Positions 1-15,382 of a stretch of DNA of 64,000 nucleotides are shown one piece after another. Source of the DNA: the human T2T-CHM13v2.0 reference genome, Homo sapiens. The notes beneath the pieces were generated by a model. It worked only from the letters and a program-made list of their open reading frames with translations. It made no database searches and was not told the DNA's origin. The position numbers and the translations under genes were made by a program. How positions within the stretch are numbered: the first letter of the stretch is position 1; each line of letters starts with the position of its first letter. The stretch is from the NCBI RefSeq assembly GCF_009914755.1, contig NC_060936.1; one strand, written 5' to 3'.

Positions 1-1039
1 GCCTGATCATTAGTTTAATTTTCACATCCCTCAGAGTAGGAGGCTGTCCCCCAACTCCCACCCCCTATTGCTTCCCACTATTTGTTTCAACCTTTTAATA
101 GATACACTTGCCTCCCACCAGGACACACAGTGTCTGGTTTAAATAGGTTTATCTCTCTCCTTAGCTTGTCCTGGAATTACGCCTAAAGCTCAATCCTGGC
201 AGCTTTTAGGATAAGAAATCTAATTGGAGAGAGCTCTTAGTTTTGCGACTCCAAAACCTCTTTTGAAAATTTAGTTTGACCTTCCAACTATCTCCAACAG
301 ATCAAAGTTAAACAGTCCAGATTCCAAACCTAGTATAGTTCCTTTAAATCTGCATTGTAAACATTGATACTGATATGCTGCCAAATCTAAAAAAGTTTCT
401 TAGCTCCTTGAGCTAAAATGAAAAACCAGTAGTCCAGGAAAACGCAAGGGTCTATCAAAGAAATATTCTTATTAATCTAAAACACGGGTCTCCAAAAGGA
501 TCCCTGTCCCTTTCAACTTCTTGTGGAGGGGGAAGTGGGGGAGGTTTGAAGAAGCCCCTTCCAACTTTTCACCTGACCTTTTCATTAAGATCAGGAAGCC
601 CCTCGCTTTCAAGACATCCACATCAGACTCTAAGGAACGAATGCGAAGCCAGCGGGCCAGTGAGAAGAGGTCAGGCCGCGCAGGTCTCTTGATCATTCCA
701 AGATCTTTGTCCTGCAGCCAGCCCCACCAGCCCCTCCAGCTCCTCCAGCCCATGCGTTTCACTTCGGAGATGTTTCATGACATAATCCGGCTCCGGAGTC
801 CCCCCGGAGTCCCGGGGGCTCACACTCCACCCTCAGGGAGGTCGCTGATGCCAGACCCTGGGAGCACCTCCCCGCTCCACTCGTCTGCGCTGCAGCCGGT
901 TCCTATTTGCCCGACGCCGCGACTGCGACCCAGGCTCCCCGCCGCAGCCGTTCTTGGGGGGGCTCCCGCAACTCAGCGGGCGCGACCCCCCGCCCGCTCC
1001 CTCGCTGCTCACGCCGGGCCCCCGCTATGTGACTGGGGG

Positions 1040-1905
1040 CCCGACCCGCACCCATGGGGCACCGCTCCTCCCTCGGGGTCCGCGCCTGCACCCGACGCTC
1101 AAAGCCCCTCTCGGAGTCCCACGCTCGCATGCGCTGTCCCGAGCCCTCTGGGGGTCCCCTCCTCTCACCCCGCTGTCCTGGCCCCTCTCGGGGTCACCCT
1201 GCTCCCACCCGCTGTCCCGGCCTCTCTCTAGGTGTCCTGCTCTCAGCCCCGCTGTCTCAGCCCAGCCCCCTTCCGGGACCCCTCCTCTTCTCCCACTGTC
1301 TTGGCCCTTCCTGGGGTCTTCTCACACTCTGTTCTAAGCCCTCTGGGGATCCCCTGTCTTCACATCCCCTGACCGGTCCCCTCTCTTTACTCTGTCCTGG
1401 ATTCTCTCTGGGTCCCCTCCCCTCACCTCGGGGTCTCCTCTCCCCGGGTGCTGTCCCAGCCCCTCTCGGGGTCCCCATCTCTCAGACTCTCAGTGCCGGC
1501 CCCTCTCGGGGACCCTTCCCCTCTCCCCGCTGTCCCTGACCTTTTCTGGGACCTGGTCCTTCAGGGGACCCCCTCCCCTCATCCCCCTATCCTAGTGCCT
1601 CATGAGGCACCCACCCCTCACCCCACTACCCCAGCCCCTCTCCGGGTCCCTTCCTCTCACGCGCACTGTCCCGGCCCCTCTTGGAGACCCCTCCCCTCAG
1701 ACTTTCAGTCTTGGACCCTCTCGGAGTCCTCTCCACTCAGAGCCACTGCCTCGGTCCCTCTCGGAGTCCCCTCTCCTCACCCGCTGTCCCGGTCCCTCCC
1801 GGGGTCTCCTCTCCACAGTCTGCACTGTCGAGCCCGCTCCCGCAACTCCCCTCACTCTGCCTGGGGTCCCGCCGCCTCGGCTCCCACTGTCATGCCCCGC
1901 GCCCC
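1040..1905. repeat. Degenerate ~36-40 bp minisatellite, roughly 18-20 copies, consensus approx. CCGCTGTCCCGGCCCCTCTCGGGGTCCCCTCCTCTCAC
   Basis: Recurring (c/g)CTGTCC...CCCCTCTCGGGGTCCCC units at ~1133, 1171, 1209, 1250, 1450, 1497, 1665, 1745 and 1782. Confidence 0.8.
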
Positions 1906-1916
1906 GGTGCTCTCAC

Positions 1917-2200
1917 CTCAGACCTGCTGTCACCACCCCCGGGCCCGGCGCCGCCGCCGCCGCTTCCTCTCCCACACTTGTTCCTGAGTCGCTCTCCTGT
2001 GGCTTGTTCCCCGGCGGATCCTTGGGTCCGGTCGCTGAGTGCCGGATCCGGCTGTGCGCAGCCTCTGCTCGCGGTCTCGGCGTTGCGTCCCACTCTCCAC
2101 GCAGGACCCCGCCGCCCGGCGCCACAAGGACCCTCCCGCGGCCGCCGCCGCTGCTGCTGTCCGAGGTGCGGCTCCTGCCAGGGGTGGCCAATCGCACCGG
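1917..2200 (-). other. TAOK3: Non-coding first exon of the divergent gene, probably TAOK3 (TSS approximate)
   Basis: The - strand donor reads GAG|GTGAGA (plus strand tctcac|ctc at 1911-1919). There is no ATG on the - strand in the exon, and it sits in a CpG island with short CGG runs. The gene name comes from my recollection that TAOK3 lies head-to-head with SUDS3; no TAOK3 coding sequence is in the window. Confidence 0.65.
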
Positions 2201-3430
2201 ACTGCGCCGAGCACGCCCCGCCCCACCGTCTCAGTCCGCCCGCCCCCTGCCCCGGACCACGCCCCAAGCTCGGCTCCAATAGGCTCTCTACTGACCTTCC
2301 CTGATCGCGGGGCACAGGGCCGGGGCCGTATATAGGTATTTGATTGATGGAGCCTGGGAAGCCGAGCGGTCGATGGAACCCGAGGATTGGCGGAGTTGTC
2401 GATGGGCGGGACAGGGCAGGGCGGGGTCTCCTCAGACGCGGAAGACCTTGCAACTTTAGTAACCTACGGGCCCGCCTGGGGTGCGGTCAGTCTTGTTTGT
2501 GCTGCTCTCCGGTCAAAGTTCATGGCGCTTCTCCCCACGCCTTTACTTTTCTTGGGAGATTCCCAGGGACCACCATGTTAGAGCCTTTGGGGAGGACCCC
2601 AGTCTCTCGCTAGACCTTGCACAGCTTTCTTAGTAATTCTGCCATGAACTAATATAGCATTAATTTGCCCAGGATTTGTAAAAATTTCCTGGATTTAAAC
2701 CATTTCTTTTTAAAATCTCTTGCAAGGGAGTTGCCTCTCCTTGAATTGAGTTCAGCAGCCGTCAGTTTGATACCGTTGGGGGAAAAAAAATCTATATACA
2801 GTACTAGGTGCATACTTTGCCCAACTAAGCGTTCAATGCGGGGCACATTTTGATAGGTGCAAGGACAAAGCTTTAGAAATTTTCAGTTTGTAGGTTTTTA
2901 TGACAGTAGGAAGACTGTGGTAGGGGAACCCTATTATTAGCTTAACAAGGTTTCAGCAAAGCTATTCAATATAACCTTTTTCCAGGGCCACAGGTTTTAA
3001 TGATTCTATGTGAACGTGTGGCCAAAGGATAACGAGCTTTGACCCAGGTTTAACATGTGATAATCAGAGACTCCTCTTGATCCACGCTAAAGGATAGTGC
3101 CTGCCAGGGGTGAAAGTGCATCATGCTACTAAGACCCATTTGTGTTATTTTTGTGAAACTGGATATGCTGATCAAATCAACACCGGAAACAGAAAACTGC
3201 TTTCCTTACTCTTAACGCCAAAAGTAAGTTTATGGACTTTAGAATTTAGCATTTTATGAAGAAATTGTCTCAGGAACACATTTTGATCCTAAGTTTTGTC
3301 AGATGTATACAGGCCTTAGTTCTCAGAGAACCCTCGATTGTTAACTTTTTAACTCCAGCTGACAAAATGTGTTTGTGTTCTAAACAGTATACATGTTTCT
3401 TCTAGTGTTTTAAGAATCATACGCCATTCA

Positions 3431-3679
3431 TCACCTGAGGTCAAGGGTTCCAGACCTGCCTGGCCAACATGGTGAAATCCCGTCTGTACGAAAAATACAA
3501 AAATTAGCCGGGCATGGTGGCACCCACCTGTAATCCCAGCTACTAGAAAGGCTGAGGCAGGAGAATCACTTGAACCCGGAGGCGGAGGTTGCAGTGAGTC
3601 GAGATCGCATCACTTCACTCCAGCCTGGGTGAAAGAGCAAAACTCCGTCTCAAAAAAAGAAAAAAAGAAAAAGAAAAAA
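3431..3679 (+). mobile_element. 5'-truncated Alu
   Basis: Alu body with A tail. TSD AAGAATCATAC(G/T)CCATTC at 3412-3429 and 3680-3697. Confidence 0.92.
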
Positions 3680-5369
3680 AAGAATCATACTCCATTCCAA
3701 TTGTGATGTCCCCCTTTAAAGTTTCAGTTTGGGTGTTAGGGTAGGCAGAGAAGGCCTGGAAGCAAAGAAGTTGTGGAAATGGGGCTGGCAGGGCTTCGTT
3801 TCAAGTCAAGTCGAGTTCCTGAGCGGTGTGGCTGAGTACCGTTTTGAGAAGGGATATATAAAAAGATTTCAAGGTGGTAAAACTTGTTTTTGAGGGAACT
3901 TGATTTTTACAGGAGTATAGCGACTGTCCAAAATCATATTAAATAAATCTAAAGGTTAGGTAAGACTAAAGCCATAAGAGAATTTTTTTGAGTAGGTCCA
4001 CCTTCACTAAAGAGCATTTTTTAGTTCTGCAGCTGGCAATCTGGACAGAAAAAAATGGGGTAAGTTTTCATAACCCAAGTGCTCAGTTGTGTCTATTCAT
4101 TACATATAAAAAAGAAATGCATGACCATTAACAGATGCTGTTTGCAGTCAAGAAGACAGCAGTAAAACATAAGCAGGATAAAAATCTCAGCGTCTTGAAA
4201 GGAAACCATTTAGCAACGAAATAAACTTAAAAATTAATTGTATCAATGAACTCTTGATTTCTAAAATCTTTGCTTTTTCTGCACTATGATTACTGCTACT
4301 GACAGGAACGCAAGTTACTCAATATAGTTGATTGCAAGTAATTTAGATGTTCTCCAACAGCACAAAGAAAGAAAATGACTTCATCTTTTGGACAAGAGAC
4401 AGTTCTGGAATCCTAGTTTAAATATAGATGGCAGACCTACGGTGCGATCTGAGAATGATTCTTATTTAGAAGGGGCTTCAGAAGATCTCAGAACTCCTGG
4501 AAAGACATCTTAGCATTCCATTCTGGAAATTCTTTAGTTTTGTTGGGAGAAAAAATCACTTACAAATAGAGCCAAGATTTTAATTAAAACAAGGTAGTAA
4601 ATAAATGTCAAAATAAGTGGGATGAGAATAACGTTTCATTTTCAGAAGAGTCCATAGGGAACAATTCAGAGATAAATTTAATCACAAAAGGTCTGAGAAT
4701 GGGAATATTCGGTTCCACCCTGGTTTTCACATCTGTTCATTTTCACTACTGGTTGCGTTTCCTACGGAGACTCGGGTGGAACATAAAAGTGGGGCTACTT
4801 TGGACAAACCATTAAAAACCTTACCCTTTTTTCTCGCTACACACAACTAGACCACATTGCTCTTAGCTAAAGGGACACCTTAAATCTATTCGTTCAGCAA
4901 AACTTATAACACCGTGTTCCTTTTCTACTCAGAGGGAATCGCACAAATTAATTCTTGCAGATACTCAGCTCTCCTGTTTTTTAAGCTTCCACGTGGGCCT
5001 TAGCCAAATAACTTCTGGTAGGCAAATTCTCCCCTTCTTCAGTTGAGAGCTCAGAGCAAGCTGTTGGATTAAGCAAAAGCACCTTTTAAAAAATTAATAT
5101 TCAAGGCAGCTGTACCGCGGAGGGCCTGGGTCTCGGAGTCTAAAAAATCAGACTGGACGTTACTATTTTTTTTTAGGCAAACGACAGCTCGTTTCTCATT
5201 TGTAAAACCGGGGGAACATCTTACCGAATAAACCTTACACAAACAGAAAGGATTCCTAAGGGCTGGGAAAATACTATTTTGCTGTCCCCAGGATGGAATA
5301 TCAGCATCCTTGTCTTTTAGCTCTTAATAAAGCTCTAACTAGTCACAGGAGGAGCCAGGCTGCATGATC

Positions 5370-6370
5370 ACGCACACTCTGGACGTCTAGGTTTTCCGAC
5401 CTAATAAGGGGGCAGGTCGCGTCGTTCCCTGCTTAAATTAGAGACCACCTCCACCTGCCAAGGGCCCTTCAAACCCTCCGCCCCTAGGTCGCTAACGATC
5501 ACCGCTTTAGTTCTAGCTCCAGGCGCCGCCTGGCGGCTGTCTCCGGAAGTCGCCTGCGAGCCTCGGGGTCCTGACCGCTGCTGGGCCTGCCCGTAGATTT
5601 GCCTGACTCTAGCGAACCTGGCTCCGCCCCTCCCCCACTATACGTTGAGGATTTTAAGACGGCGATGAAAGGGCTGAGGTTGTGGCGACGGGGGCGTCCA
5701 GCGGCATCTCCACTCCCCCAAGGATGGCGGAATCAGGCCGTTGTCGGGCAGCTCTCGACCCGGAAGTCGCTCGCGGCGCGAGGCCCCCGTTGCCGAGCGC
5801 GGGCGCGGGGGGCGGAGCTCGGCGGAGACGGGGAAGGGGTCGCCGTGGCTGCCGGTCCTCGAGTTGGGGGCTGCCGCGGACACTGCTAGGCAGACGGCGA
5901 GTACCGAGCGCGGGTGGCCGCGGTGTCCGTGGGCCACGCTCAGCTGCGGTCAGAGGCGACATGAGTGCCGCGGGGCTGCTGGCCCCGGCCCCGGCCCAGG
6001 CTGGAGCGCCGCCGGCCCCCGAGTACTACCCCGAGGAGGATGAAGAGCTGGAGAGCGCCGAGGACGACGAGCGCAGCTGTCGGGGCCGCGAGTCGGACGA
6101 AGGTGAGTCCTGCCGCTCGCCCGGCCGCCCGGAGCGGAGGTGGGACCGCTGGGGGAGGGGGTGGGGCTGTTCGGGAGAGGGGCGGGGCGGCCTCCGGGGC
6201 CTGGGGCTGCGTGGAGGGGCCGCCGGGAGTTGCGGGGCTCGGGGAAGTTACCCCCATCCGTGCTGGAGTAGCGGGGAAGCCCTGGGTGCGTTACACTCGA
6301 CCGTGATGGGGAGAGGGGACTTAGATGTTGTCACGCTGGGGGTCCCTTTAAGACCCCGTCCTCCCTCCCA
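5370..6370. promoter_or_regulatory. SUDS3: SUDS3 CpG-island promoter
   Basis: ETS CCGGAAGT at 5543-5550 and 5760-5767. GC boxes at ~5478, ~5623 and ~5809. YY1-like GATGGCGG at 5723-5730. No TATA box. Confidence 0.88.
5961..6102 (+). CDS. SUDS3: SUDS3 exon 1 CDS ([11 protein letters not shown]...RGRESDE), acidic N-terminus
   Basis: Recognised N-terminus; donor G|GTGAGT; 142 nt. Confidence 0.97.
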
Positions 6371-7343
6371 GCCGTTTCTGATTGAACCTCACTCACTAGT
6401 AGGAATTAGAAACTCATTTACTGAATACATCGAGTGTAGTTCGCCCCTTTTTTGTGTGTGAGAGCATCAGAGTCCAAAGTTGCCCCTCCCCACCCCCGAA
6501 ATGCATAAGTCATCTATACTTTAGGTAGTACACTATTGAGAACTCAGGTTGGTTAAAGGAAAGGGACCTAGAACCAGCCAGATACAGGTTTAAATTTGGC
6601 TTTGTCACTTAACTCAGCTTTGTAAACTTAAGTTTTCCAGCCTCGATTTACCCAACTGTAATGGAGCTGTTTAATTCCCACACCTGCCCTAGAAGGCACT
6701 TCCTAGGGTCGGTATAGGGATTAAATGACATGCGCATAAAGTACTTGGCCTGGTACTGTAAATACTCCGTAAATGTTCTCCCCACCCGCCCCCCTCCCGG
6801 AAACAGGTAAGAGAGGGAGAGATTTGCTTAATGGTCCCCAGGTGTTGTGTTTTCAGTCCCACGCTCTTTGCAGTGTCATCACAGAGTCTCAGAGCCTTGC
6901 TTTTCAAACTGGGCTTTATAATTTGGCAAGTGTGAGGAACGCTATTTTGGAGGGATGGAGGAGGAGGAAGGTGATGAAATGTGAGAGATCAAGGGAGGAG
7001 AAATAGGAAACAAAGAGAGACCGATATATGAGCGGAATATTCTGGGACAAAATCGGGCCGTGGAGCAAAAGCTAGACCAGCTGTTTGGAATGGGGCCTAC
7101 GTTTTATTCATCTGAGTTTCCCGAGTGCCAAGTAATGTGGCTGACCATGACAGGAACTCAGGGAAGGCCTCTTGACTGAAGGAGGGGAGAAGGGTTTGTG
7201 GGGAATTGGATCTGCAACAGCCTTACAAAAGACAGCTGCATATGCATGACATACAAAGTTGAGGGACTGCATTCGATTTAATTCCATCAGAAGACACGGC
7301 TTAACCAGAGATTTTGAATGTGAAGCACTTGCACTTCATCTCA

Positions 7344-7362
7344 TACCCACGAGGGGGCGCTG
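7344..7362 (+). promoter_or_regulatory. CTCF motif
   Basis: TACCCACGAGGGGGCGCTG matches the CCASYAGRKGGCRS core with one mismatch. An upstream TGCACTTC lies at U-motif spacing. Confidence 0.7.
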
Positions 7363-7699
7363 TGGAGCCAAAATTGAGTTTTTTTTTCCTTCCAGTATAG
7401 GGGCTATTAAAATTTTGTACACACCCCAGCCATTAGCTTGTTCTAAGAACAATGTTTAAGATGTTCTGAAACAGTTTTCGTTTGATCATCTGGCCTCCTC
7501 CTTGTTCCCTTTAGTTGTAACTTGGAAAATATTTATTTGTGTCAGATTCCCCTTTTTTATTGTATACAGTTGGCTCTGCGTATCTGTGGGTTCTGCATCT
7601 GTGAATTCAACCAAGCGCAGCTCAAAAATATTCAGGAAAAAAATTGGATCTGTACTGAACATGTGCAGACTTTTTTTTTGTTATTCCTAAACAGTGTAG

Positions 7700-8767
<1,068 letters not shown>

Positions 8768-9142
8768 TCAGAGACTTGAGCAGCTGAGGATTTTGGTATC
8801 CACGGGAGGTGCAGTAACCACTCCCCCACGGATACTGAGGGACAACCGTGTATCCTGATGTAAAATGTGCGAAGGGTTCCAACTGGGTATGTATCAGAAG
8901 AGAATGTACATACTAGTTTTTTTCTGGAGCAGCGAGTAAGGCTTGACTGCCTGCAGTGTCCAGTCTTACGCCTGCATCTCCTTTCTTGAGTTGCCAGCAT
9001 TGTTGTTTCTGCAGAAGTAGCAGCCTTCACCATAACTGCCTGTGCCTGAGACACCCTATTCTGTGGCTGCATTTCAGGTAAAGGCAAGCTTTTTGCATAA
9101 ATCTGACTGTAAGTTGGAAATGGCCTTTTCTTTTCTGAAGTA

Positions 9143-9275
9143 CGGCTGTCCCTCGGTATCTATGGGGGACTGGTTCCAGGACTTCATGGATACTACAACC
9201 TGAGGATACTCAAATTCTTTGCATTGGCCTTTTGTGTCCACAGGTTTCGTGTTTGCAGATAGGGATGGCCTACTA
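9143..9275 (-). mobile_element. MER2-like internally deleted fragment
   Basis: GTCCCTCGGTATCTATGGGGGACTGGTTCCAGGAC resembles the MER2 terminus. Confidence 0.55.
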
Positions 9276-9430
9276 ACTGTATGTAATGTTTTTCATTGAT
9301 GGCTTTGTGCAAGCCTGCCTTGAATAGAAATTGATTTTACGGGAGTTTATTGAGTGCATACTCTGTGTCAGGTGACGCCAACTCCGTGAATTATGATTTT
9401 AACTAGCCCCTATTTCCTAACTTTATTCAG

Positions 9431-9500
9431 ACACTGAGGATGCTAGTGAAACTGACCTGGCAAAGCATGATGAAGAAGACTATGTAGAAATGAAGGAACA
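9431..9500 (+). CDS. SUDS3: SUDS3 exon 2 (DTEDASETDLAKHDEEDYVEMKEQ)
   Basis: ttcag| acceptor, CA|GTGAGT donor, 70 nt. Confidence 0.97.
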
Positions 9501-9555
9501 GTGAGTATGATATGCCTATGTCTTTTTGGAACATAGAATTGACAACATCTTTATA

Positions 9556-9777
9556 TAGATTGAGCATCCCAAATCTGAAATCTCAGATGCTCCAAAATCT
9601 AAAACTTCCTGAGTGCCAGCATGATGCTCAAAGGAAATGCTCATTGCACTATTTCAGATTTCAGATTTTTGGATGTGGGATGCTCAGCTGGTAAGTATAT
9701 TGCAAATAATCTAAAATTTGAAAAAATCCAAAACACTTCTGATCCCAAGCATTTCAGATAAGGGATACTTAATCTGT
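9556..9777 (-). mobile_element. Tigger4a-like DNA transposon
   Basis: AGATTGAGCATCCC...GGGATACTTAATCT terminal inverted repeats and GATCCCAAGCATTTCAGATAAGGG signature. Confidence 0.7.
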
Positions 9778-9982
9778 AGTAACCTTGTGTGTATGAGTTT
9801 GACCATAGCGCTTCCAAAGACCATGTATGTTTACAATTTCTCCACTTTAAATTAATTACATTTAATCAGTCTTCCCGTTATAAGACTTTGTTGAGTACTC
9901 TCTAGAAAGAATCTTGAGGGCAATGGACCCAGGGGAGGGAATGAGGCCGTACAACAGGAGAGGACCTTTTACTACTTACTCT

Positions 9983-12236
<2,254 letters not shown>

Positions 12237-13280
12237 CTCCCTTAGTATTTGATGATACAGAAAAAATTTCGGTTAAAATGGAATGCCTTGTGTAATTCAA
12301 GGGGAAATCTAAAGTGCATCAGAATTTGCCCTGAAAGAGTGAGATGTGTGTGAGTCTCAAATTCTGCCTACTCTCCTCCCCTTACAGAGGGTTGGGTTGT
12401 ATTTGCAGCCCTTATTTGAGCGCTAAAAAGGTTATCACGCCCATGTGCTCACTTCAGCAGCACATATACCAAAAGGTTATTGTGCTTGTTATATGTTGGA
12501 CAGTGTTCTTTCAGATCACAAATCTTGTTTTTATCACTGTTAAATTGAGGGTGTTTTTCAGGTAGAAGCAAAAATACTTGCTGAAATGTGATTTATATGT
12601 GGAACCCACCTTCAAACCAACTTGCTGAAGTTATGACTGCCTATAATCCATTAGGTGTGAGAGGAAAAAACTAACATGCCAAATGCTTTTGCTTCGTGTG
12701 TGCTGTGTATTCCCATCCAGCTGGGGCTGCCAGTAAATGCTGCCTTTTAACTTTTCTTTCTGAATTACTATTATTTCTCTGATCCTAAAAGAGTAGTGCT
12801 TTAAAAAATGACATGAAGGTTTATTGACTTAGTTCTTACACTGCTAAGCATATCTGCATAGAAAAACATGCTGAAGGCATAATCTTACTCTCCTGTAACT
12901 TACAATCTAATTGTAGAGTTGATGTAAGAGTTGTGTTTAATGCCATTTCTACATTGTGTGTGTGCTTGCCTGTTTATAATTGTCATTTATTAAAATCTGC
13001 TATCGTTGCAAGTTTTAGACGGATTCTGTAAAGATGGGATAACATGGGAGAATCTACAAAATTAGAATAAGATTGAGGAACACAGGGTTCTTTCTTGTTC
13101 CTTTCTGATCCCTGTGGCTGCTGGTGCATTTTAAGCCAGCAAGCAGACTTTACTTTCCTCTCTTCCCTGAAGGACATTAATGACCTTCCCATAACAGCCC
13201 AGCTAATTTCTGTGAGTAGGTTATTTTGGAATTGAGTATTGAATGTTTTTATCTGTTAGTGTGACTTTTTTTTTTTATAG

Positions 13281-13336
13281 GATGTATCAGGACAAACTGG
13301 CTTCTCTCAAGAGGCAGTTGCAACAACTGCAAGAAG
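13281..13336 (+). CDS. SUDS3: SUDS3 exon 3 (MYQDKLASLKRQLQQLQE), start of coiled coil
   Basis: tatag| acceptor, G|GTTGGT donor, 56 nt. Confidence 0.96.
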
Positions 13337-13819
13337 GTTGGTGTGTGATTGAATCCTGCATTTCTAAATATGCTTCTTAATATTACAAACCCTTGAAATC
13401 TGTGTATTTCACTTCTCTGTGGGAGTTATTTAAAACACGGTCTGGCTGATCTTAGCTATCCAGTACATTTTGCTATCTTTTGCTGTCAGTAAAGTGGTGA
13501 TTTTCCAGCTCCTTGATTTTGAAACATTTATTTCCAGTATGTGTGAGATTCTTTCTTCAAATGAAATCTCACTTGGGACTTTCAATGGAGCACGAATTGA
13601 ACGCCACTGTGCCTAAAGCTAGAGATTTTTAGGAGAGACATTGTTATCAAAGAATAAAGTTTTTACTGTTTTTTCTAAACCAAATGTTAATGACCTTGTG
13701 GATTATTCACACTGTGTTTTCTCCTTTTTGCTTGTTACATTAAAAGTAGATTGTATTTTGTCAAATGCTGCTAGCTGCTAAAGGCAGTGCAGCATCAGAG
13801 TTAAGAGTGCAGGCTGTGA

Positions 13820-14113
13820 GGCCAGGCGCGGTGGCTCACACCTGTAATCCCAGCACTTTGCGAGGCCGAGGCGGGTGGATCACGAGGTCAGGAGATCGAG
13901 ACAATCTTGGCTAACATGGTGAAACCCCGTCTCTACTGAAAAATGCAAAAAATTAGCTGGGCGTTGTAGTGGGCACCTGTAGTCCCAGCTACTCTGGAGG
14001 CTGAGGCAGGAGAATAGCGTGAACCTGGAGGCGGAACTTGCAGTGAGCCAAGATCGTGCCACTGCACTCCAGCATGGGCGACAAAGCGAGACTCAGTCTC
14101 AAAAAAAAAAAAA
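13820..14113 (+). mobile_element. Alu inserted in a MIR (~13780-14310)
   Basis: TSD AAGAGTGCAGGCT; MIR-like flanks (TGTGACCTTGGAC...CTGCAAAATG). Confidence 0.9.
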
Positions 14114-14173
14114 AGAGTGCAGGCTCTGGAGTTTTGTGAGGGATTGGAATCCCAGTTTCCCTGCTTCTAGTAA

Positions 14174-14714
<541 letters not shown>

Positions 14715-14864
14715 TGAGTGATCCACGCCCTTGGACTAGCCCATGGTCAGGCATTATAATCAGGAAACACTTCCCCCCACAAGATGGGCCCCTCATAATT
14801 AACTGTTTTGTGGGAAGAGCAATGAAATGAATAGCGATTTGGTTAGAATCTATACCTGAATTGT

Positions 14865-15037
14865 TTAATGCTGTCACTAGCCACATGTGGCTGTTTAAAT
14901 TTAATTAATAATTTAGTTCTTCGGTTCCACTAGCTACATTTCAAGTGCTAAAATAGCCACAAATGGTTAGTGCCTGCCATGTTGGACATTGCAAATATAA
15001 AACACACCATTGCAGAAGGTTCTACTGGAGAGCGTTG
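14865..15037. mobile_element. MER3-like hAT-Charlie element
   Basis: CACTAGCCACATGTGGCT...CACTAGCTACATTTCAAGTGCT signature. Confidence 0.65.
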
Positions 15038-15382
15038 ACCTAGACCTTACTGAAGGAGAATGAACCTTTTCCAGTAAAGGAAGGCCCGTTGATTCAGACT
15101 GTTGCAGCAACTGATCAGAATAGTGTGGAGATATTGGCAATTTTCCACTCCCCCTCACTCACTACAGACCCTTGATCCACTGGGTTGGGTAGACTTTGAA
15201 TGGGCCCCTAGTGGTTTCTGCTGTGTGCCTTGGTTAAGAACCAGAGTTAACTTTGCTGAGGTGTGTCTTCCTTTGGTGTTACTGAAACAGTCAGTGTTGA
15301 TGCTAGATAATAATTTTAGGAAGCAAAATGTAGAGCAGATTTATATTCACAATAATTTTATTTTTCAAATGTTCAAAATCAG

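Larger units (their letters stand above)
770..2560. promoter_or_regulatory. CpG island / promoter of the divergent - strand gene
   Basis: Very GC- and CpG-rich. CCAAT boxes at 2188-2192, 2276-2280 and 2386-2390 (ATTGG). GGGCGG boxes at ~2404 and ~2419. Confidence 0.85.

Noticed and set aside
1040-1905. CRISPR-like repeat-spacer array
   Set aside because: The units are contiguous and degenerate with no unique spacers. The context is human with no cas genes.
472-2613. Many long overlapping ORFs (up to 236 aa) on both strands
   Set aside because: Low-complexity Pro/Ser/Arg translations open in several frames, produced by the stop-poor CpG island and minisatellite. Most lack a real ATG start, and there is no recognisable domain.
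5682-6461. 259-aa single-exon ORF as a protein
   Set aside because: Only 5961-6102 is established coding sequence. The remainder runs through the GTGAGT donor into intron 1. The upstream part is treated separately as a hypothesis.
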